Positions 25,401-36,072 of a stretch of DNA of 58,422 nucleotides are shown here, piece by piece (position 1 is the stretch's first letter; every line of letters begins with the position of its first letter). Position numbers and translations under genes: made by a program. The notes under the pieces are model-generated. The model was not told the DNA's origin. It saw nothing but the letters and a program-made list of their open reading frames with translations, and searched no databases. The stretch comes from Pelomyxa schiedti. Its lineage: Eukaryota; Protista; Evosea. The stretch is taken from the NCBI GenBank assembly GCA_020536535.1, contig JAHLWZ010000888.1:1-58422 (forward strand). The letters are read 5' to 3'.

Positions 25401-25836
25401 CCCCGTTGGTGTTGCCTCCTGGGCTCACAACAGTACCGCTCACTCGTGCCATTGTTTGTTGCTGTTGTTGTTGTTGCTGCTGCTGCTGGGCAGCGAGGTA
25501 GGACTGGAGGGCGGCGGCACCGAGGGAGCCGTGGAGCAGCTGTGGCCTTGTGTCTGCCATCGGCGTCGCCCCGATCTGGCTTGTCGGCGCAAGGGCGATG
25601 GAAATGGGAGCGGGCGGGGGTGGGGGAGGCAGACTGGGTGCCGGAGTAGAGGTGGAGAGTGGGGCAGGGGACGCGGCGACGGCGGCAGCAGCAGCAGCAG
25701 GCGGCGCGGGCGTCCCCCCGCTTTGCGCCCCCGGCTGCTGCTGAAGCAAAGCGGCGGCCGCGGTTGGAGCCACCGCCCCCAGCCCAGATGACGAGGTTTG
25801 TTGTTGTAGCGTCGGTGTTGCCGCCGCTGTCGTCAT
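19473..25836 (-). CDS. Spen/FPA-like RNA-binding protein: about 5 RRMs, RD repeat, C-terminal SPOC domain
   Basis: RRMs 'SRTVCVRGL', 'SRHLFVGNL...RGYGFVDF', 'GCAFVDFAH...LKIDYG', 'RPYAFVVF'; SPOC-like '[12 protein letters not shown]...[19 protein letters not shown]...VYLIP'. Confidence 0.85.
22040..22520 (-). repeat. Degenerate hexanucleotide array (GAC/GAT + AGR/CGR) encoding an Arg-Asp dipeptide repeat
   Basis: ORF 21992-22738 reads (RD)n for roughly 150 residues. Confidence 0.95.
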
Positions 25837-26057
25837 CGTGCGGTCCTGTTTTGGGTTTTCGTTTTTGTTTGTTTTGTTTTAAAATTGTTTCCTTCGTGGT
25901 GATTGGCCCTTTGGGTGGAAAACTACAGAGGGGGAAAAACCAAAGGGGTCTGTGTGGCTGTTGAATGCACTTTTGGAAGCGCAACAAACAACTCTTAATT
26001 GTTGTTTTGAAATTTTCTCTGTGCTTGTCTGTACAATGGGTGTTGTTGGGTGGGTGT

Positions 26058-27388
26058 TTAGTTTTGAGCCTTTTTTACATTTGTTTTGGATGCCAGTAGC
26101 AATCGGGAGGACTGATAGGTTGGTATCATGTACTTTATGGCAACATAGGCTTTTGGGCCACCAGTTTTTTCTAGAATCTCCAAAGTTTCCTCTATCAAAT
26201 CACCAAGATTGTTGTGCTTGAACTGTGCATAGTCAAATTGGTCCCCAAGGTTCTCTGTTGGTTGATTACTGTCTGGGTGATTTAGTATGTAGCTCCACGT
26301 ACTATTTACATTCTTGAACAGATTGAAGACGGGGAGGATTTGCCTATAGTATTCAACAAACTTTTGCCCTATGGCCTCACTTTTCTGTACTAAAACTTGA
26401 ATCACCCGAAGCACAGTGCATAATACTTGGTGGTGTCTGGTCTCCAAAGCAACTGTGGAAAAAGGAGGGAGATGTTTGAGATTTAGGAATAAGGGGTGGG
26501 AAGTTAACGTCTTAATGGGCGCTTCAGATCCGGGAGTGTAGGTAATATTTTTTCACCATCCTCATCAGCAGCAAGTAAATCAAATACACCTTGCCGTGCC
26601 ATAAATTCGTAAGGTTGCTGGATTTCCCTCAACCTTTAAGAACAAAAGTAAGTTGCTTTTAAGATTTCGGCTACTAAACACACCCATCAAAGAAGAGTGG
26701 TAAAAAGTGATTATAGTCAAGATCTGTCTCAATATCCACTTGCCACAGTATCTTGTTTGCACCACGATTGTGATCAATGGCTATTGGAATGTCCCCTCTT
26801 TCGTAATCTCGTCGAAAATCGCTTATTCCTGGGGGAATGAGTAGTGTGCTACAGAGCACAGTACAAATCTTACCCATGTCTCTTGGTAGCATAGCAGTTG
26901 GTTTTGGGGGCAGGGGTATAGGTTGAGTTGGTTTTGCTTTAACAGGTGCCCTGTTTCGTGGGGGATAGGCCACCTTTTTTGATATTTTCAGTGGGGAAGC
27001 ATTAAGAACCAGTTTCAATAATCAAAATAAAAAATATTTGCAATGCACAGGATTATGTATTATGTAAGGTATGTACCTTTAGAGACTTCGAATGTTGGTT
27101 TTCTGTGCCTGAACTTTGTACAGTGTGACCTTGTGATGCCGAGAGAGGTGTGGTTATTTTGGGAGAAGCAAAGTGTCCCTGAGAGCGAGACAATGAGGGT
27201 GAAGTCGTGGAAGGCTTTGGTGCAGATGTAGTAGCCGTCAATGTAGATTTGGTCCTCGTTGAAGTGGAAGACGCTCTTGCATTTCCTTGTGGCGCTGAGG
27301 CAGTGCTCTTTAAAGTCAACAAAGCCACATTCTTTGGAGGAGCTATTTTTGTTGTCATTCACAGAGTACGGTTAAAACGGCAATTACG

Positions 27389-27432
<44 letters not shown>

Positions 27433-27994
27433 GAACCCGCACGCAAAAAAAAAAAAAAAACCAACCGCGAGTATTATGTAGAGAATTATGGGAAGGACGG
27501 CCTGGCCGCGTACAGTGGCGCACGATCTTCGTGCAACGAATCGAATACGACAGGTTGCTGACGGGGTAGTTCTTCCCAGTCCCCAGGCTCCGGCTCGACC
27601 AAATTGCCCGCGTGGAGCCGTACGGGCCGCTGCCCGTGGCTGCCGATGTCGAGGCCGGGGCCACCCGCCGCGCCGAGGACGACGACGACAAGGAGGACAC
27701 GGCGCTGCGGGACGAAGACGGCTGCTGGGGGTCGGCCGCCGCGTGCGGCGACGCGCCGTGGGGTTTGTTGTCGACGACAGCGGCAGCAGACCCGTGCGCG
27801 TGCGACGACGAGGGCGGGTGCGCGGCACCCTCTGATTGTTGTTGTTCTTGCTGCAGCTGGTGGCGATGGGGCGTGTCTGGGTTGGGGGGCGGGGCGGCGG
27901 TGGAGGAGGGGGAGCGCGAGGGGGGCTTGCTGGAGCGCAGCGCCGGGGCCGCGGCGGACGTGGTGGGGGCGGTGTCCGTTGTTGCGGTGGCCAT
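26058..27994 (-). CDS. PACRG: Parkin co-regulated gene protein (axonemal inner junction) with long low-complexity N-extension
   Basis: '[16 protein letters not shown]', '[16 protein letters not shown]', '[14 protein letters not shown]', '[18 protein letters not shown]', '[10 protein letters not shown]'; start could instead be 27358. Confidence 0.92.
27389..27460. repeat. A41 and A16 homopolymers (poly-T on the coding strand) inside the first PACRG intron (27343-27513)
   Basis: Directly visible. Confidence 0.95.
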
Positions 27995-28276
27995 TGTCAC
28001 TCACCTGTTTATTAATAACGATGTTGGTTGGTGGGATCGTTCAAATGTTTCTGTTCCTAGAAAAACCCTTGCGAAAGCTGATTGAGGGAGTGGGAACCCA
28101 GGAGGGGCCGGAGGGAAGATAAGCTGGAAGGTGACGGAAGTGTTTAAAACTGGATTCCCTCAGGCAGAGCGGGCTCAGTTCTTGAGATTCGGCTGCAGTT
28201 GCGTTTTCCAGAGCAATTAAGCTGAAAAAAGGAAGATCGCGATCAAGCATCGAGGTGCTGCGTAAATTGAACGACA

Positions 28277-29958
28277 ATGAGTGTGCTCCAGAAGATCAAG
28301 GATATCGAAGATGAGGTACCCAAAAAGCCTGCGGTTGGATCCGCCGTTAATGTGTTGTGTACGTAGATGGCCCGCACGCAGAGAAACAAGGCCACCATGA
28401 ACCATCTCGGCATTTTAAAAGCCAAGCTTGCAAAGTAAGGTTTCTTCTTATCACTGGAGTGCACTCTCCAACTTCCTCGCTCTTTTTCCTTTTGGAAAGG
28501 TACCGACGCGAGCTTTTGACTCCCTCTGGGAAAGGTGGTGGCGCAACCGCGGAAGGCTTCGATGTCACAAAGTACGCTCAGTTGTTATCGTGGTTTAATC
28601 ATAATGTGTACCTGCAGGTCTGGTGATGCTCGTGTTGGTCTATTAGGTTCATTTTCCTGTACCTAGCATCATGGATCTAACACCATCACTTACAGGATTT
28701 CCCAGTGTGGGTAAATCAACGTTACTCAACAAGCTCACAACAACCGTCTCTGAAGTAGCTGCGTATGAGTTCACTACCTTGACTTGCATTCCTGGTGTTA
28801 TTCAATATAAAGGCGCCAGGATACAGGTAGAGCAACGTAACTTGTTCAACAAAGTAACATGCTTAGTTACTAGATTTACCTGGCATTATTGAAGGAGCTA
28901 AAGATGGCAAGGGTCGAGGTCGACAAGTTATTGCAGTTGCGCGAACCTGTAATTTGCTATTGATTGTCATGGATGCACTAAAACCTGTTACTGACAAACG
29001 GAAGATAGAGGTTTTTAGAAACATTTATATTCTCGTCTCAACTTGTACAGAGGGAGCTTGAAGGATTCGGAATTAGAATTAATAAGCAACCGCCGAACAT
29101 TTCTTTCAGAAAGAAGGAGAAGGGTGGGATAAACTTGACACACACGGTCCCTCTTACCAAGGTTGAAGCTCATTTTGATACCGTGTTTATGAAATCTCTA
29201 ATTGTTTGAGCAGATTGACGAAGAAACAGTGAAGGTTACTTAAATTTCCCTAGTTTTACAAAATAATTTTCCTGTCAGTCAATTTTATCGGAATACAAAA
29301 TTATGAACTGTGATATCTGCATCAAATGCAATGCCACTGCAGATGACGTCATAGATGTGGTATTTACTCTCCTGACATTTTCTTTCCATGCCTACGTGAC
29401 CATCTAGATTGAAGGGAATCGTGTTTACATTCCTGCCATTTATGTTATGAACAAAATCGACCAAATCACCATTGCGGACCTTGATTTATTGGACCGTTTA
29501 CCTCATTTCGTTCCTATTAGTGCTCATCTTGAATGGAATTTGGATGAACTCCTTGCTCGGATTTGGGATTACTTGGCACTAGTACGAATGTAACTGAGGA
29601 CTTTGGCATTACTTTCTCTAATCTGGCACTCCCCTCCTCCAGATACACAAAACCCCATGGACAAATACCTGACTACAATTGTCCTATTGTCATGTGCGGC
29701 GGTAGAGCTTCCGTCGAGAATTTGTGCAACAGGATTCACAAACGAATTTTGGACCAATTCAAATAGTATGTCTCTCCAAAAGACAGTCCCACCAACCTGT
29801 ATCTAGCGCTGTTGTCTGGGGTTCATCAGTAAAACATCAACCACAAAGGGTTGGAAGGGACCATGTGTGTGTTTGCTCTTCAATTTTCTTTCTCAACAAC
29901 ACCCTTTAAGGTTTTGAATGATGAAGATGTAGTTCAGATTGTTAAAAAGATATCTTAA
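28277..29958 (+). CDS. DRG1: Developmentally regulated GTP-binding protein (DRG1-type), about 12 introns
   Basis: '[29 protein letters not shown]', '[11 protein letters not shown]', '[13 protein letters not shown]', '[21 protein letters not shown]', TGS '[30 protein letters not shown]'. Confidence 0.95.
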
Positions 29959-30171
29959 AAAAAAAATGCTCCTTTTTTTGCGGGTCAAAAAAAACTTTGA
30001 GAGAAGATAAACACTATTCAAAGGCTAGAGTTACAATAATTTTTTTTCCTTTGTCTCAGCCAAAGACTACAAGTCCGCTCTTGAAGTGTGCTTGCTGGGA
30101 CTGATATCTTGCAGAGCCGGAGAGGAGAGAGCTGCACCCACATGCCCACATGCCCAGAGAGCCCCAGCCGA

Positions 30172-30280
30172 AACACCCTTTCTGCGACCAATCGACCCCA
30201 GAAAAGGTGCTTCATGCAGCCGCCAAAGTCCGCTCTTGCTCGAACACCCTTTCTGGGACCAATCGACCCCAGAAAAGGTG
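30172..30280. repeat. Two 38-nt direct repeats (30172-30209 and 30243-30280, 1 mismatch), each a stem-loop
   Basis: AACACCCTTTCTG[C/G]GACCAATCGACCCCAGAAAAGGTG; arms CACCCTTTCTGGG and CCCAGAAAAGGTG. Confidence 0.9.
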
Positions 30281-31189
30281 GTGTGTTCTTTCTGCACATG
30301 AATAAAGAGAGAAAACAGAGTGTGAAGTAAGTTAAAAGGAACAAAGTGCAGAAATTGACGCGTAAAAGATGACAAGAAACCGCGTGGGTGGTGTAATCAA
30401 CAAGGCGTGTTTATTGTGCGAATCTGTGGAAGGAGGTTACAGGTTACCTTTGGTGTGTAATGTTTCAACGCACGACAACATGCCGTTAAAAAAGGCATCA
30501 ATAGTCACGTGAGATCTTGTGGGGTTTTTTTATAATTTATGGCTTTCAGTTTTGAATTTTGGTTTTGAGGGAAAGACACGTGGCAATATTTTGGAAAGTT
30601 CCCAGCAATTGAGGTTTCACAGCAGGCTGTTGTGTGGTCACGCAGAGGTGGCCAGAGGGGGAGCAGGATGAAAGAACCACACGTGTCACTTGTGGGGACT
30701 GAGAGTGAGAGATCCAGATCTGTGGTAAAATCCACACCCCAGATCTGCGACGACGGAAGCGTTGCGCCCGTACGTTTCCGGCCGTGGCAGTTGCTCGCGT
30801 GCCGCTCTGTTTTTATTGTGCGAGTGTCCCCGCTGCGGCACGGTACGTGTCGGGTACAACGCTGACGGGAAAAATGCCTTGAGCAAGGAAGTCGAAGTCG
30901 CAACCGAGAGCGCCGTGGCACAGCCAACACCGTAACCGTACCTGCCAACCGCCACCAAACCGCGACACCCATAGAAATCAATTAGTTCCCTGCCAGAAAA
31001 GGGTAGCCAGTTGATTTTTTTTTGGTGGACATGGCCGACAACAACCTTCCCTCTGTGAGAGTGCCACTCCTTCATCTCTGTCAGCCCAACAGGTCACGCC
31101 GCAGAAGGCTCCGGGCATAAGCCCTTTCTGAGGGAGAAAGCGATTTGCGACGTCCCAAGGACTGAGGGAGCGGCTGCGGCGTGGTTCGG

Positions 31190-31446
31190 CGCGATGCAGG
31201 GCTGGCGGGGCTCTCTGCCTTCTCTCCCTCTGGGAGGCTGCGAGGGGGCCACTGGGGCTGTCTCTCTGCAGGCGGGAAGGAGGTCGGGGGGAGGGGCTGC
31301 GCCCCCCCTCCCCTGCGATGTGCACTGGCGCGCGCTCTCTGCACACGGCGAGGGGGCCGGCTTGGCCGCTCCCCCTGGCGGGGCTCTATGCTGGTCTCCT
31401 GCGCTGTGAGGGGGCCAGGGCCCTCCCTGTGATGCAGCGGAGCCCC
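31190..31446. repeat. GC-rich degenerate repeat with palindromic hairpins
   Basis: Recurrent CTGGCGGGGCTCT, GAGGGGGCC and CCCTCCC(C)TG(C/T)GATG units; GGGGGGAGGGGCTGCGCCCCCCCTCCCC at 31286-31313. Confidence 0.75.
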
Positions 31447-31636
31447 ACGCAGTTGGGCACAGCTGCTATTCCACGCATAAGGAGAGGTGAGAACCGTTAT
31501 TTTTGTATTGATACAAATACAAAGTCTAACTACATTTTCGATGCAACAATCCCATGTTCAACGGTACGTCTCCTACTTTAGCTGCTATGCGACGGTGATC
31601 AGTTCTGTTGCTCTAACGCCATACAGTGTATACTAC

Positions 31637-32375
31637 ATGTATGGAATACTAGCCTCCCGGCAACAATATATCTTGACAAAAAACCTCTATACGCAACTCA
31701 ATATCGTCAATGGCGAACGTTGTACCCTACGTAGTATACACTACACGACTAAAGTCGCACAGCGTCATACGCCCGCACTGATGACAGCTATACAGCACCT
31801 ACAGCAACAAATGAAGCTTCAAAACTACGTTTTATTGCCTGCGATGCCTGATTTCATCACTGTGTGTATTTCTACAAATTCCTCTTGCATGAGCCGCGGA
31901 ACGCAGTGTAGCTCTACCGCAACATGCATCGGAAACGGCACCCTCTACAGGAGACATGGCCATTTTCCCCGAACATAGTACATTTCGTTATTCACAATAC
32001 GCTGTACATAGGCGTCAGATACCTATTGATCACAGCATCGTCTTGATAAATCATAAAGCACAAGGACAAACACTTGGTAGTACCGTGGTTGATCTAGCCA
32101 TACCACCTACGGGGCCAGCCCCAAGCACAATGGATGCTATCGTAGCATTGTCTCGTTGTAAAAACTGGAACAGCCTATACTTACTGCGCAGCATTCCAGA
32201 CAAAGTACTTACACAAGCTCTACCCGCAGAATTACGTACAGAGCTCGCCAGACAGAACACTTTGGCAGAGAACACAGCCACACCAGTCCATGCGAAACAT
32301 GTATTCAATGGTATACAACGTGGAACTTCGTTTTCTAATGATTCACAGCATCTACCAATCTACTATGAAAAGTGA
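31637..32375 (+). mobile_element. Remnant of a Helitron-like (Helitron2/Helentron-type) PIF1 helicase C-terminus, frameshifted and 5'-truncated
   Basis: 'ILTKNLYTQLNIVNGERCTL' (PIF1 2B-like), 'RRQIPI...NHKAQGQTLGSTVVDL' (motif V), 'AIVALSR' (motif VI), 'LYLLR...LPAELRTELARQ'; frame change near 31950; no Walker A/B or HUH Rep visible. Confidence 0.75.
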
Positions 32376-32610
32376 CCGCTATGACGTCTCATGCAATACC
32401 AGATTGCCGCGCAATACTTAGAGCAGCTGACAATCCTACGTTTACTACCTTACCACCCTGCGGTACTTAAACGTGCACCCACCTCACCCGAAACAGGAAT
32501 GCAAATATTCACTTAAATAGTAATAAACTCGATCAAAGAAAAACAACAAACAACTTTCTTGTCAACAAGCACACTTTTTATGTTCCTTTTTTTATTGTGT
32601 GGGGTTGTTA

Positions 32611-35600
32611 TCAGGCAGACACCACAGTCACATCGGTCCCATCAGTTACTTGGTTGTTGTCTTGAGTCTGGTCGTTCTGTTCAACTTGTTGTTCTTGTTG
32701 TTGTGTGCTTGTTGTGGTCTTCACAGTGCCGGCTTTTGTGGTCTTTGTTGGGGTGGATTGTGTCTTGGTCACGGTAGTTGTTTTTGTTGGGGTTTGCTTT
32801 GTTGTTGTAGTAGTGGCTTTTGCTGATGTTGCCTTGGTAGGGGTCTGTGTTACTTTGGTAGTTGTTTTGGTGGTTGTCTGTGCTGGTGTGGATTTGCTTG
32901 TTTTTGTGGTCTTGGTGGGTGTGGTGGTTTTAGCCCCGGTTGTCTTCACTGTTGTGGTAGATTTGGTAGGAGTGGTCTGGGTTGTGGCCGGAGTCTGGGT
33001 TGTTTTTGCTGTTGCGGTCTTGGTAACTTTTGTCGTGGTTGTATTTGACGCATTGCCATCTTGCACGGCCTTATCGTCCTGTACCTCCACACTCTGTACG
33101 GTTTGATCTTCCTGTTGCTCCTCCTGCACGCTTTGTACAGCTTGATCTTCCTGCTGCTCTTCCTGAACAGTCTGTTGATCATCTTGTACAGCTTGATCTT
33201 CCTGTTGCTCCTCTTGTTGAGTATCTTGAACTGTCACATTTCCTGTCTTATTTGTCTCTACAGCTACGGCAGTGCCACCACTTGCAGTTACCACAACCAC
33301 ATCACTCTGTTGATCGCCTTGCTGGTCACTTTGAGATTGCCCGGTTTCATTCTTGCCACTAGAGTTGATTATGATAACTCCCTGTATGAAATTAGATGTC
33401 AGTAGCAGAAGTAACGACGAACCTGGTTATCAGTTTGGCCTTGTCCCTTGGCGACAGTTACCGTCTTAGTCGAGCTCTTCGTAACTGTCTTCCCTGTGGA
33501 AGTGCCTTTGGATGCTGACTTCGTGGCAGCCTTCCCCGTGCCTTTTGAAGCTCCCTTGGAAGCAGATTTACCTGAGGCAGCCTTAGTGTCATCCGAGTCA
33601 TCTCCTTGCTGCTGTTGGGCTACTTGCTGAACTTGAGCAGTTTTTCCTTTCGCTGGTGCTTGCTTGACTTGCTTATCATCAGATGAACTGGAGGAAGAAT
33701 CTTCCGCTTCCTGGGCTTGTTGCTGCTGCTGGGCTTTTGTTGTCTTGGTAGATTTCACGTTGGAGGACTTGCTCGATTTTTTCGTGGTCTTCTGGGATTG
33801 TTGAACTCCTGCCACTTGCCCTTGCCCACTTGAAGCAGTCTTGGTGTTGGATGATGTATCGTCAGAATCTTCAGAAGCCTGAGTCTGTTGAGTCTGTTGT
33901 TGCACACCAGCAACCTGTCCTTGGGTTGCAAGTGTCTCGTCATCTTCATCAGTAGACTGAAGGGAACGACTATCCTGGGTGCTTTGCTGTGTAGAAGAAA
34001 CTTGAGGAGCCACTGCCTGAGCTACAGCAACTAGTTGTTGCTTAGCCTGAGCAACAGTAACTAGGCTAATATTGCGCAAAGAAACGGCCTGGTTCGGGTG
34101 GAAAAGGGTCCCACTGAAACGGTTGTATGTCACATAGACATTGGTGGTGTTTCCACTCGTTCGAACTACCATATATGCCACAAGGGGACTCTGGGGCCCA
34201 CCAACTAGAACAATGGCTCTGCAAATTTGTGGAATTAGAGAAGAAGAATACACACGAAAACATACCCTGACGGTGTTGAGCTACTTACAGTGACAGTTTG
34301 TTGTGCCTGCTGCTGCATTTGTTGCGTTGCCTGCGGGACTTGTTGAGCTTGCGAGCCTTGCTTCGTCTCCTTCAGGAACAGTGACGTGGCTGCTGAGAGC
34401 TGTGCAGAAGACTGATCAGAGAAACCCCTGTAATACAATTAAATGGACTTTTGACGGAACATTTGGACTTACGTGCCAATGCCGCCAAGGAAGTACGACA
34501 CATCAGCAAATGCCACGACATCGGAGCCTACTAATGGAACCAATTGCTCAAGAGTGAGTGACGGAGCGCTGGCTACTTTCTGGAAGCTGTGAACTACAAC
34601 AAGCTTTGATGCCGGGTCGACGAAGGTATAATTATTCAGCAGTAAACTGAAGAACCATCCATTGCCTTGGTAAGGTGATGACACCATACGCCCATTGTCA
34701 CATTGGTCTGGGTTAGTGTCATACATGTATGGTTCATCAGACTATTAATATTTGATGTTAGAAAATGGTAAAGGGAGTAACACCTTACCGCAGGACAGCC
34801 AGAAGCAATCATGAATGTCAAGTTCATCAAGTTGAAGTGAGCTGAGGGACCAGTTGGCAAAGCAATCATGCTGAACCATGATGTGCTGGGTTCATAAGGG
34901 CCATGAAGGAACGTACTGGAAACGACTTCAAGAGTTTGTTGTTGTTGCTGTTGGGCTTGACTTGGCCGGGTGTATGTCACTTGTTGTTTCTTCACTGCCT
35001 TTCCAACTTGACTTGCTTGCTGGGACACAGACTTAACTTGAGGTGCTGCGGTTGCTGTCTGTTTGGTAGTGACCGCCTTCTTAGTGTTGACTGCCTGTGG
35101 GGTAGTGCTAGCCGCTTTCTTCGTTGCCTGGCCTGTAGACTGTGATGTTGACTTGTCAGTCGAGTCTTCTGTAGTCTCTTCTTCCGCCTGGGTGTCGTCT
35201 TGACTGTCAGACTGTGGCTCACTTGCTTGTGAATCATCTTGGCCTTGGTTATCGGCGCTCTCCTCATCAATGGACATGAGTGACAAGCCTACACCAGATC
35301 CAGCTGTGAACGTTGCTCCACCGTTATTGCACAAAGTCGTGGTTGTAGCAAAGCCAGGGGCCACTCCACGAATCAACTCAGGAGGAGTAATCGACCACGA
35401 AAGAGAATTGGAAAACTGCAAGTCGCTGTTGGGAACAATCTGAGAACCAGACACCAGCGGGTCATAGAAAGGAATATCCTGCGGCAGTGTGGCCTCAAAT
35501 ATACTAGCCAGACTCCACCTGTACAACGGAGAAGGATTCAACGGGTATCCAAAGAATGCCTCAGGGTGATTATCTAATACAATGTAAGGAGAAAAAAAGA

Positions 35601-35758
35601 ATATGAAGTGAGTCCGCAGTACCTTGGCTTACGGACCAATTTGAAACAAACATTGCAGCTTTGACCTCGACGCGACGCCCATTCTTGTCCAACACCATGA
35701 CTTGTGCACAAGCAGCCGTGATACACACAAGAAGCACGATAGCGAGTTGTTTCACCAT
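32611..35758 (-). CDS. Secreted/surface protein with Gln/Thr/Lys/Ser-rich inserts, function unknown
   Basis: Signal peptide 'MVKQLAIVLLVCITAACA'; globular exons alternate with low-complexity tracts; no C-terminal TM or GPI signal evident. Confidence 0.75.
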
Positions 35759-36072
35759 GATGATGTATCAATGATAGTAACTGGTGGTTGTTGCAAAAGG
35801 AAAAATACAAAAAAGAAGTTGGTTGTTGTTTGTCTTGTGATAGTTGTTGCTGTTGGTTGCTGTTGTTTTTGGTTGATAGTATATGGCAGTATCGTCACAC
35901 CCACAATGCAATAATGGTATACCTCACGTTGTGCTTTAAAAAAAGTGTCACCGTAGACTCATCCGGAGCCATTCCCACCACTTCAAATTCTGGTCGTAAT
36001 AAAAAAAAAAGTTGAGTTAGAATAGAAAATAGGATAGCGACAATCTAAAAAAAAAAAGGCTCGTGCGCGTAT

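Noticed and set aside
27389-27460. Retrotransposon poly(A) tail
   Set aside because: No target-site duplication or element body; fits the T-rich first-intron pattern on the minus strand
30172-30280. CRISPR array (38-nt palindromic repeat, 33-nt spacer)
   Set aside because: Only two repeats, the spacer shares a 13-mer with the upstream flank (local duplication), no cas genes, and the context is eukaryotic
30820-31260. RNase MRP RNA (GAGAGTGCCAC and GGGGCT words)
   Set aside because: No GAAAGTCCCC CR-I element in the right place and the P8 stem cannot form
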